Below are positions 46,503-55,400 of a DNA stretch of 64,000 bases, piece by piece. Source of the DNA: Candidatus Woesearchaeota archaeon (GTDB lineage: Archaea; Nanobdellota; Nanobdellia; Woesearchaeales; UBA10216). The notes beneath the pieces were generated by a model. That model saw only the letters and a program-made list of their open reading frames with translations. It had not been told where the DNA came from and searched no databases. The position numbers and the translations under genes are program-made. Location of the stretch: the NCBI GenBank assembly GCA_016192915.1, contig JACPTF010000010.1, forward strand, positions 48,804 through 112,803, in the 5' to 3' direction. Numbering within the stretch: the stretch's first letter is position 1; every line of letters starts with the position of its first letter.

Positions 46503-48146
46503 CTAAGCAGCACCAACAGCTTTCATGGGAGCCTCCCCAACAGCTGCACTGGCGTAAGGGCTTATGTCGCGCCTGGTCTGGGCTTTTCCGTGATAAGCTA
46601 CTGCTTTTGGCCGTGCAAATTCTTGCTCCACAATGTCCCAGTAGCCTTCGTCAAAAAGTCCTCTCCGCGCCCAGAGCTGGTGGTAAGTGCGCTTTAGCAC
46701 AGGGTCTGCGGCTCTTGACTGGGGCCTTAAAACTTCAAGATTTTCTCCAGGCCCTAATAACACTTTTTCGCCATTGCGCACAAAACGAAACCTGCCAACC
46801 ACCCTTGGCCTCAGGTACTCCTTCAACTGGTGCACAACTAGCAGGCAATAGACCTGCTCTGGCGTAGTGCAGCCGAGCTTGTCTACAACGCCTTCATCAG
46901 AAAGAACCTTAGCCATCAGCTCTGCAGGCGAGAGCCCCCTGTGCTGCTCATAACGCGTCCTTGCCCTTCTGAAGACTGGAATAAGCTCCTCAGCGCACAA
47001 TTCGGTGTTCCTGAAAGAATCTCCAATAAAACCAATGGCCATGTAAAGGTCCTCCCTCTCTTTGAAGCGCCTCCTCCTACCCTTATAAGTCACTGGCACC
47101 TTTCCAAGCACAATAGCCTTAAGCAGCACGTAATCGTCATCTTCGTTTGGTTTGCCCATAATTATGCGGTGATTGAGCTGTATGCTGTGGAACGCTTCAA
47201 CGTCAGCAAGCCTGCCTGCGAGGTCTTGGTATTCTATCCAGCTTTTACCACCATTTTTTTCGCTATAAGTTACTGCACTCAGCAAGTCCTTTAACGAAAT
47301 GTCTCTGCCCTTCTCTATGTTAACCCTACGCAGCAGCTCGAGATTTTTAAGTGGCTCAATGAAAACCAAACCAGCTTCTGTTTCTACGGGCCTCTCACCA
47401 GCCAGGTACTGCCTCAGACGCTCAACAATATACCTGTCAAAGTTGTAGCGAGTTTCCATGAAGTACCTGAAAGATTCTACCGGCCGATACTTACTCATAA
47501 GCGGTTGGAACTTAAGCACTTGCCCGACCAAGTCTGTCCAGAGGGGGCCGCCAGCTCCAATCTCCCTGATATGCCTCTGCGAAACTCTCCACACCAGGCT
47601 GTAAAAGCGCGAATCCTCCCTTCTCTCAACTTCCTCACCACCCAAGCTGGCACTTGCAATGCTCATCAGCTTGAGTGCCTCTGAATTATTCAGGCGTATT
47701 TTTTCGCCGTTTACTATGCGCGGAAGCCAGCCGAGTAAGTAAAACACAACGTATAGCTCGTCGATGACCCCATTAGGAGTTACTTGCCTGTAAAGATTAT
47801 CATGCTGGCCGCCCTCGTGCAGCTGCGGCAGTCGCCAATTCAAATATTCGAATATTCTCCTGTGAGGCGCGCGCTTTTTATGGAACAGAGTGGCAGTAGT
47901 CGCAAGAAGTTGTAAAGAATCACTTTGCAGCCCTTTCTCCGGGTCAGTGAGCCTTATCGCACTTTCCACCACCTTATAAAGCGCAGAGCCCCTTCCTAAT
48001 TGTTCGTATTCGCTGACCAACCCCTCAACAACATCCTCAAGCGCCACAACTGCTGTTGGCGGATTCGGTTTTAAATATTTTGCCAGAAAGTCAGGACTAA
48101 GAAATAACAGTGCCCTTAAAACCCTTGCCATCCAAGAAGCTTTCAA
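46503..48146 (-). CDS. Large hypothetical protein (547 aa), first gene after pyrH
   Basis: 24-nt gap to the 929-aa gene. The 5' end overlaps the pyrH 3' end. No motifs recognized. Confidence 0.45.
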   Translation of the reverse strand: MKASWMARVLRALLFLSPDFLAKYLKPNPPTAVVALEDVVEGLVSEYEQLGRGSALYKVVESAIRLTDPEKGLQSDSLQLLATTATLFHKKRAPHRRIFEYLNWRLPQLHEGGQHDNLYRQVTPNGVIDELYVVFYLLGWLPRIVNGEKIRLNNSEALKLMSIASASLGGEEVERREDSRFYSLVWRVSQRHIREIGAGGPLWTDLVGQVLKFQPLMSKYRPVESFRYFMETRYNFDRYIVERLRQYLAGERPVETEAGLVFIEPLKNLELLRRVNIEKGRDISLKDLLSAVTYSEKNGGKSWIEYQDLAGRLADVEAFHSIQLNHRIIMGKPNEDDDYVLLKAIVLGKVPVTYKGRRRRFKEREDLYMAIGFIGDSFRNTELCAEELIPVFRRARTRYEQHRGLSPAELMAKVLSDEGVVDKLGCTTPEQVYCLLVVHQLKEYLRPRVVGRFRFVRNGEKVLLGPGENLEVLRPQSRAADPVLKRTYHQLWARRGLFDEGYWDIVEQEFARPKAVAYHGKAQTRRDISPYASAAVGEAPMKAVGAA

Positions 48147-48780
48147 GGTTGTGCAAGTCCTTGCCCATCACCGCAACTCTCAGCTTCAGCTTCTCAGCGA
48201 CCTTCGCAGCAACAGGGTCAAATGGCGTGTTAAGGCCAGGACTCCACTTTGTGATGCCTGTCAGCCTGCGGAAATCCTTCCACCTTATCATACGCAGCGG
48301 CTTTGCATCATGAAACTTTGACGGATCCTTGTCATAGACAAAGTCAGTGTTGGTGATGTTAATGACTGTTTTCGCCCCAAGGTTCTTTGCCAGAAGCACA
48401 GCAATGTAGTCAGTTGAGCGACCAGGCTTCCAGCCGGCAGCAACCACAACCCTCTCTGAGCCCTTCAGCCTGATTTTTTCATTGGGGTTCTTTATAACTT
48501 TAGCATGAGCCAGCCCCCTGAAAATAGTCCTAATCAGGTGAGCGTTCAGCCTTGTGGCGTGTATGCCGAGCCAGTCAAGGTCCTCAGGAACAGCGTGCAC
48601 GACCCTTGATGCCGCGCCCTGGTACTCCCTGGCAGTCTTGCCGCCGCCGCAGACGATTGCAAACCTGCGGCCATCACGCACAAACCTGAGAATCAGCTGC
48701 CGGAACCGCTGCAGGAAATCAACGTCTATCTGGTTAGGGGCTAGCACCGAGCCGCCAAGTGAAATAATTATAGTTTCCAT
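48097..48780 (-). CDS. pyrH: Uridylate (UMP) kinase, archaeal type (amino-acid-kinase fold)
   Basis: METIIISLGGSVL..VCGGG.. amino-acid-kinase family motifs. Start trimmed to METII. Confidence 0.7.
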   Translation of the reverse strand: METIIISLGGSVLAPNQIDVDFLQRFRQLILRFVRDGRRFAIVCGGGKTAREYQGAASRVVHAVPEDLDWLGIHATRLNAHLIRTIFRGLAHAKVIKNPNEKIRLKGSERVVVAAGWKPGRSTDYIAVLLAKNLGAKTVINITNTDFVYDKDPSKFHDAKPLRMIRWKDFRRLTGITKWSPGLNTPFDPVAAKVAEKLKLRVAVMGKDLHNLESFLDGKGFKGTVIS

Positions 48781-49094
48781 CAAGAAGATTATTCTCACTG
48801 AGCAGGTTATAAATCTTTTGGAATGGAAAAAGAAAGAAAAGGCAGAATCCGATACCTGCCTTGCGACGCCCACCCGTCAATATTTCGTTATTAACACTAG
48901 CTGATATTTAAAACTTTTGATTTCCGAATTTATTGCCGTGAAAATCTTTCATTTTATCCATAGAATGTCCGGAAAATCTTCATCTTTTCGCAAGATTTCG
49001 GGTTGTTACTGAGTATCTTACAACATTTCCAAAAACTTTTCAGCTTTTCTGGGGCAAAGGTTATCAAAACTTAAAAAGCAGTAGTGTTGGGACT

Positions 49095-49250
49095 GCCGCG
49101 GATGCAGAAACTGGTACAATTCCGCTATGCGGAATGTACAATCGGCCGCTGCCGATTTGTATCTGCGCCAGCCTCAGAAGCTGGTGACGGGCCCACCCGT
49201 CATGCGGGTTCAAAACAAGTCCATGGTTTGTGAGATTCCCGCCCGCGGCG
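49095..49250 (+). tRNA. Candidate tRNA-Leu(CAG) with non-canonical introns (D-loop region and T-loop). The exact exon boundaries are unresolved.
   Basis: Acceptor GCCGCGG...CCGCGGC. Anticodon arm CCAGC-CTCAGAA-GCTGG. Long variable arm GACGGG-CCCA-CCCGTC. T stem GCGGG/CCCGC separated by a 29-nt 'loop' that contains an insert. About 45 extra nt between the acceptor and the anticodon stem form a strong hairpin (GTACAATTCCGC/GCGGAATGTAC). Confidence 0.4.
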
Positions 49251-49363
49251 TCCCTGATTCAATTCAAGAACAATATTTTTAAACCGCCAGCAGCCACTTT
49301 CTTGGTTGACCTATTGGAAAGGATCGTCCGTTTTGGGATTGACCACTTTCGCAAAGGGGTCAC

Positions 49364-49493
49364 GCGTCGGTGGTCTAACGGCATGACCTCAGCCTTCCAC
49401 ACAACCTTCTTTGGTGCGGCAAAGAAGCTTGACCAAGAAATCCACAGGTTGTAAAGAAAGCTGATGGTCCGGGTTCAATTCCCGGCCGACGCA
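49364..49493 (+). tRNA. tRNA-Gly(TCC) with a ~57-nt intron at or near the canonical position
   Basis: GCGTCGG-TG-GTC..GAC-C-TCAGC-CTTCCA-[intron with ACAACCT/AGGTTGT and cttctttg/caaagaag helices]-GCTGA-TGGT-CCGGG-TTCAATT-CCCGG-CCGACGC-A. Confidence 0.7.
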
Positions 49494-49499
49494 CTTCAA

Positions 49500-49877
49500 T
49501 TAAGGTTCCACTCTTTTTATTTCCAAGCCGTCAAAGTCCTTGTCGTAGGAGATAAATTCTGAGCAGTTGTTCACCAATGCTGTAGCGTAGTTAATCAAAT
49601 CAAACGTATTAAGATTGTATTTCTCAGCTCGCTTTAAGCTTTCAAAAAGCAGGTTTCTGTCCAACGGTACTATTAACGCATGAGTCTTAAGCAGCGCCTT
49701 AATGCAAACCCAGGCATACGTTTTGTCCTTTTTGATTTTGGCAATTCTGTACTGTGCTTCAACGAGGCAAAGGGTATTGGTAACGAAATCTTCGTACAAC
49801 ATACTCTGGCACTTATCCTTATCGGCGTTTTCCGTAAAGGCCTTTACTAGAACATTAGCATCTACAAACTTTGCCAT
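49500..49877 (-). CDS. vapC: PIN-domain protein (VapC-like toxin)
   Basis: MAKFVDANVLV...ISYDKDF with PIN acidic residues. 125 aa. Confidence 0.6.
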   Translation of the reverse strand: MAKFVDANVLVKAFTENADKDKCQSMLYEDFVTNTLCLVEAQYRIAKIKKDKTYAWVCIKALLKTHALIVPLDRNLLFESLKRAEKYNLNTFDLINYATALVNNCSEFISYDKDFDGLEIKRVEP

Positions 49878-49878
49878 T

Positions 49879-50106
49879 TTACCTTAATTGGTGCGTCATA
49901 GCAACTACTTCGGCTGTTGTATAAACCCTCTTTTGCCTGATTTTGTCTCCCATCCTGAAAACTTCCTCAAGGGATGGTATGGACTCACTTTCCAGCATCC
50001 TGTGAATGACCTCGTCATAGCTTTCCCTGGGATGCAGCTTCTTCACTTCAAGTTGTTTCCTGGTCTCTTCCTTTAACTGAATTGTTGTCAGCTTCAAACC
50101 AATCAC
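49879..50106 (-). CDS. Putative antitoxin, same family as 5567..5782
   Basis: ESYDEVIHRMLES resembles DSYEDVIRRMYEM. The gene sits 1 nt upstream of the PIN gene. Confidence 0.45.
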   Translation of the reverse strand: MIGLKLTTIQLKEETRKQLEVKKLHPRESYDEVIHRMLESESIPSLEEVFRMGDKIRQKRVYTTAEVVAMTHQLR

Positions 50107-50172
50107 CTCACCTATAGTTTGAATTATAAGTAGTTATAGCCATATATAAATCTTCCTATCCGTCGCACAGGA

Positions 50173-52404
50173 TCACACCACTGGCTGTGCTATCCCGCCA
50201 ATGATGCTGGCCGCGATTATGTTGAACATCATAGTGATGGCGAACGCGACCAGGCCGTAGATGACCGTTCCCCGTATGAGGTTGGTGCCGAGCATATACC
50301 GCTCAGAGACCTTGTCAGAGCCGTTCTCAATCCCGTTTATCAGCAGGGTCAGGATTATCGTTACCTCAATTATGTAAAGCCCTATTATTACCTGGAAGAA
50401 ATAAGTCGGGACGCCGTTCCCGAAAAGATTAAGCAGCCCGGAAGGAATGCCAGCCTCCCCTCCGCCTCCGAATTCCGTAATTGCTGAAAGCTGCTCGCTC
50501 AGCCTGCTTATTATGGTTACTATCATGGACGTAATTCCAACGACTATGCCGGCTATTGCCGGAGCCAAAACACCAACCTGCTGCTTCATGTCGCTTATTA
50601 TGTCAGACATGAGGTCTTTCAGCCTTTCATCAACCCTGTGGATGTCCTTGATGTATTGGGAAACGTTTATCATCGCTGAAGAAGCCGCCATTGGGCCTTT
50701 CTTTGCGCTTTCGACAAGGACTTTCATAGAGCTTTCTATAAGCGGCGAGGGAAACTGCAGCAGAGTCCCTCTTTTTGAGTCGAATATTGCTGCCTCAACA
50801 GACATGCCCTGCCTCACAACCTTCTGATTGACAAGCTGGAAAAACTCTCCCGACCTTGTTCCGGCCATCATCTCGCTAACCTTGCCGATTGCCCGCTCCA
50901 GAGGCAGCCCGTCCCCAATCCTGTTGCCGAGCTGAAACAGGGCAGATGAGAATTCCTCTTCAAGGGCATTGGCATCCTCCCTCAGTTTGAGGACGTTCCT
51001 TGACCTTATCCTATGATACAGGCCGATTCCGACTCCGATGCCTACTGGTATGAAAAAGCTGAGCACTGTCGCCCCAAGCCCGTAAGGGCCGGTAAGGGAT
51101 GCTCCTGTCAGCTTGTACTCCAGAAACTTGAAGTTAAGGGTCTGGTCGAATGTGCGCTCATTAAGCAAGACATCCCGGGGCAGTATTGCGCCAAGCAGCA
51201 GCGGAACAATACCGATAAGGACCGCGAAAAACATCACGCCAAGCGTCAGCCAGATTGGGTTAATTGCTATAACCTTTTTCCCAAAACGGAGCAGGATGTT
51301 CCTGAGCTGCCGCACATCAGAATTAGCCTCAGAAATGTCCTGCTCTCCATAGCCGGTTGGCCTCTTTGAAAGCACCATCCTGCTCATGTAGAAAAGCACC
51401 AAAGGCAGGATTACGTTGTAAAGAAGGGCTATGTTAAGCGCTATCTTCATTGGCGGGGTATCGGACGTAAGGAAGCTCGCTGCCATTGGGAGTATGACCA
51501 GACCGAGCACAGGAAGAACAATACCGAGCATGTACAGCATGGTGACTGGGTTTTTGAGGTCGTGGCTGTAACGGAGCATCTTGTCATAGGTTTCCTGAAG
51601 CATCACGTCAAGGCTCTTGTCAATCATGTTCAGGCGCCTGTCATCAGACGGCTCATAAAGCGAGCCCTCTATGAGATGGAAGGCCTCAATGAACTCAAGG
51701 TTCCACTTCCTCCACGTTTCGAGATAGTTATCGACAGACTCCTTAATAGTATCAAGCTTGCCTGTCTCAACATCCCAAAGTATTTTTTTCAGGTCCAATG
51801 CCAAAGGAGGGGTTAGCCGGTCTGCTGCAAAGCGGACTGCGAGCTCAAGGTTTGAAGTATGGCGCATAAATGTGGCAACGTAAAAGATGCACTGCACCAT
51901 CTGGTTAGAGGCAGCAAGCCGGAAATTGTTCGCGAGAATCTCAGGCGCCTTTATCAGGGCAGCGTAAGTGAACAGCCCCATGCCAAGCGCGTAAGCCATA
52001 ACAATCATCGACTTTACAACGGCAAACCCGAAAAGCAGCCCAAGCAGGGTTACAACTCCGGCAGCGATGACTGCAAGGCTCATCGCCCCTGCCGGAGAGG
52101 ACTCAAGGTGGCAGAGCGAGATGTACTGCTGAATCTCGTCAGTCTGCTTCTGGTTCGGCTTGAGCCTTAAAATGCGCTCAGCCTTGCTGCAAAGCCGTTC
52201 GTAAACGCTTAAGTGGCGGGGAAGGTTCTCCCTCTTGAAATCAATATAATTGGATGAAAGTAGCGGTTCCAGCAGTTTTGAATTTGCCGTTTCAGCCCTG
52301 GCAGGGGGCTTGCCCTTCCTGCCGAAACCGGAAATTGCCTCCTCAAGCCTGCCAGAATACTTTTTCGCCAGCGGCTCATCCGCCGATGTTGTTGGAGTTT
52401 TCAT
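50173..52404 (-). CDS. Polytopic membrane protein, FlaJ/TadC-like (type II/IV secretion platform, T2SF-like)
   Basis: 743 aa. Cytoplasmic N-domain, then two blocks of TM helices separated by a soluble domain. Immediately downstream of the secretion ATPase. Confidence 0.5.
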   Translation of the reverse strand: MKTPTTSADEPLAKKYSGRLEEAISGFGRKGKPPARAETANSKLLEPLLSSNYIDFKRENLPRHLSVYERLCSKAERILRLKPNQKQTDEIQQYISLCHLESSPAGAMSLAVIAAGVVTLLGLLFGFAVVKSMIVMAYALGMGLFTYAALIKAPEILANNFRLAASNQMVQCIFYVATFMRHTSNLELAVRFAADRLTPPLALDLKKILWDVETGKLDTIKESVDNYLETWRKWNLEFIEAFHLIEGSLYEPSDDRRLNMIDKSLDVMLQETYDKMLRYSHDLKNPVTMLYMLGIVLPVLGLVILPMAASFLTSDTPPMKIALNIALLYNVILPLVLFYMSRMVLSKRPTGYGEQDISEANSDVRQLRNILLRFGKKVIAINPIWLTLGVMFFAVLIGIVPLLLGAILPRDVLLNERTFDQTLNFKFLEYKLTGASLTGPYGLGATVLSFFIPVGIGVGIGLYHRIRSRNVLKLREDANALEEEFSSALFQLGNRIGDGLPLERAIGKVSEMMAGTRSGEFFQLVNQKVVRQGMSVEAAIFDSKRGTLLQFPSPLIESSMKVLVESAKKGPMAASSAMINVSQYIKDIHRVDERLKDLMSDIISDMKQQVGVLAPAIAGIVVGITSMIVTIISRLSEQLSAITEFGGGGEAGIPSGLLNLFGNGVPTYFFQVIIGLYIIEVTIILTLLINGIENGSDKVSERYMLGTNLIRGTVIYGLVAFAITMMFNIIAASIIGGIAQPVV

Positions 52405-52410
52405 GAAAAA

Positions 52411-55400
52411 TTAAACGACCTCAACCTCTTTTCTCCTGATGGCCTTTTTCAGCCACTCGCTCCACTCGAAGAGGATGCGCTTGTTGTCGTATGAGCCCAG
52501 CTCATCCTTTACCTCCTCAGCCAACTTGTGGAACTCGTCATTCGCCTGCACGACAAAAGGCGCTTCAAGCAGCTCATTCTGGCCTGTCTTATCAGCAGCA
52601 TCCACCACGGCCTCCTTAATCTGGGCACGGAGCAGGACGTTGTCCCAGACAGCGTCCCAGCTTCCGGCCCAGTCCTTCACATTCGCCGCAATGGACTTCA
52701 GGACATCACTTTCGCCATTAAGCAAGTCAATGGTTGGCTCGAGCTGGTCTGACTTTGAATCGTACTTCATCAGGTCCTTGAAGCCCTTCTCCAGCAGCGG
52801 GTCATTCTCCCAGTATTTTCCCACCTCAGTAATCTGGGTTAACCTGCGCCAGCGGTGAAGCCCGTCAGGGGTCCTAATCGGATTAGCAACAACAATGACA
52901 TCGGTTGCCTTGAATGATGTCCTGGGCACCCTTAAGTCGTTAACGACCCTGTCGAAAACACCGTAAGGGCTGTCGCCGTGAATGGTGCCTGCAACGACAT
53001 TGGCAAGAGCTCCCACTCTCATGGCCTCGTAAAGTGCAGCAGCCTCAACCGACCTCACCTCACCGATGATTAGGCAGCTGTCGCCCATTCTAAGAGTTGA
53101 CCTTATGCCCTCGTCAGCGGAAACTTCTGTAGTGCCCTTTGTCAGTGCCGAAGCAACTTTCATTGACTGGATGTTGTAGTTAAGCTGCTTCAGTGCTGCA
53201 ACAGGTAATTCTAGAGTGTTGTGAGCTACAATATTATCGCAGACAAAGCTCTCGCATTCAGGTACAGATAGGTCGTATACCCAGCCATCATGTTCTTGCA
53301 TTGAAATTTCCCTGACTTCATCCCAAAATATGTCAGATTGTGCCAGAATTGAAAGGTTCTCAGACAACTCACATGGCAATTGATTTGTTTGCAGTATGCT
53401 AACAAGCCTGGTTTGCCCTATGTCGTTATCTCTAATCACATAGTCATGAAAGTTAAATTTTGGAATCATATCCCATAAATCCTCTTTTGTTCCAAGTGAT
53501 AGCGGGATTATGTCTGTTGTATCGTGCGTGCTTGTTTTGCTGCACAATAAGTCAACTTTCTGGTTTTTATAATGCTGCAAGAAGCCAATATTATCCCTGA
53601 AATTCTTCCATGATTTCAATGAACTTATGCCCGCATTGTAGGTGCCATCACTTCTTTTCTTGCCAATCCTGAAAACTATGTCATATGCGGATAAAAGAAA
53701 TTGTATGTCTTTTAGCAAGGCGGCTGAGGCCATCGGAATTACAATCTCCTTATCCGCAGCGCAGCCATCACCAGTGAAAATACCGTTAAGCACAAAGGCA
53801 ATCTGCTCCCTGGATAATTGATAAATCCATGCGGGCAGACGCTTGGTGTAGGAATTACCTTTCAGCTCAAATAGCTCTGCCATGCAAGCTTTGAGGGTTT
53901 TAGAATTAAGCTGGAGTGAAAATCCGTCAGAATGCATCTTTACCGGTATTCCGAATTTCTTCCCTACACTATGCACCACTGCTCTATCCTCTTCGTCAAC
54001 AGCAGAGATGATTACTGACATTTGGTCGTAGCAACCATCCGCTATCCATAACCCCACAAATGTAAGAAACTCCTTATCAAGCGACATTTTGGCAGGCAAA
54101 GAAAAAGTCGAACGCCTGCCCACCTTAAAAAAGATTTTTCCATCACCAATCCGATAACCTGCAGAGATTAGTTTCCCCACAATCTTGCCTGGAAGCATCC
54201 CTTTCCTTATCCAATATTGAATAACCTGTTTTCCATAGCCTTGTTTCTCTCCAAGCTTTTTGATATCTGCCCTATGCTGCTGTGCAAAATTCATGACTGC
54301 CTCTCCAAAGATATAGCTTTCTTCAAGCCCTAAAATCTTGGGAAGTAAATCGATTTCTGGCAGCTCCTTGTTGGCAAGTTCAATATGTCTGGGCACAGAA
54401 ATGTGGCTGCCTGGTTGAAGCTCCTTTACCTTGGCTTCTTCTATTTGGCCAGTTTCACCTACAGTAAACAGAGAATGGTCGCCTGTAACCCTAATTGTCC
54501 TGCCTGTTCTTGTCTTCACAGTGAATAGCGGCTTGTTTACCTTATGTCTTATGAAATTACTGACTCTGCTAAGAACAATCTTGCCTTGCTTATCCATGGC
54601 GTATATCTCAATTTTTTCTGGATTTCCGGCCACTTCGTGGTCTGAAAGGTTGTAATAGCTTCCGTGCTTGGTTATATTGCTATCCACAAGTTCTCCTATG
54701 GTTGTTCGCTCATAGGTGCCATTTCGCCTAATAATGAGTTCACTATCGCCAGCAACGCTATCCTCTAGTGAGATCATACGATATTTCCTCATTATCTCAA
54801 CCATGACGGAGCCGAGCACTGATGTTTTTCCGGCAGACCTTGTGCCGGCAACGAGCATTGTCCTGGAGCCGTCAATGAGGAAGCTGAGAAGCCCTGCTGA
54901 AAGGGGAGTCATCATCCTCTGCTTTATGAAGAGGGGAAAGGTCCACGGCTTGTCCCTGTGCCGACGGAAAGCATAAGCAAGGCCGTTTGGGTTCAGGGGC
55001 TCACCGACGACGGCTACCCTTGCCCTGGCTCCCGGAACAAGCAGCTCTGTGTCCAGTATTGGATTGGCCTCGTCCAAAGGCCTTCCGGACATCAGCCTCA
55101 GCTTGGTAGCCCAGGAATCAGCATCGCTCGAAGTGGGAATAATGTTTGTCATGCAATCATCATAATCCTGGTGCACGATAAAGAGCGGCTGCCTTCCCAT
55201 GGGGCTGTTGGCTGTTATGTCCTGGATTTTATCGTCCTTGAGCAAGACCTCAACAAGGCCAAATCCGATAGTATACCTGACAAGCACTTCAGCGAGCTCC
55301 TCAACCTCCTTAGTGCGGAGCTTGAGCTGCTTCTGGTCAGCGAGCTCCTCAATTAAATCGCTGCCTACGTTAAAGAACACCTGCCTGACCCTTTCAGGGT

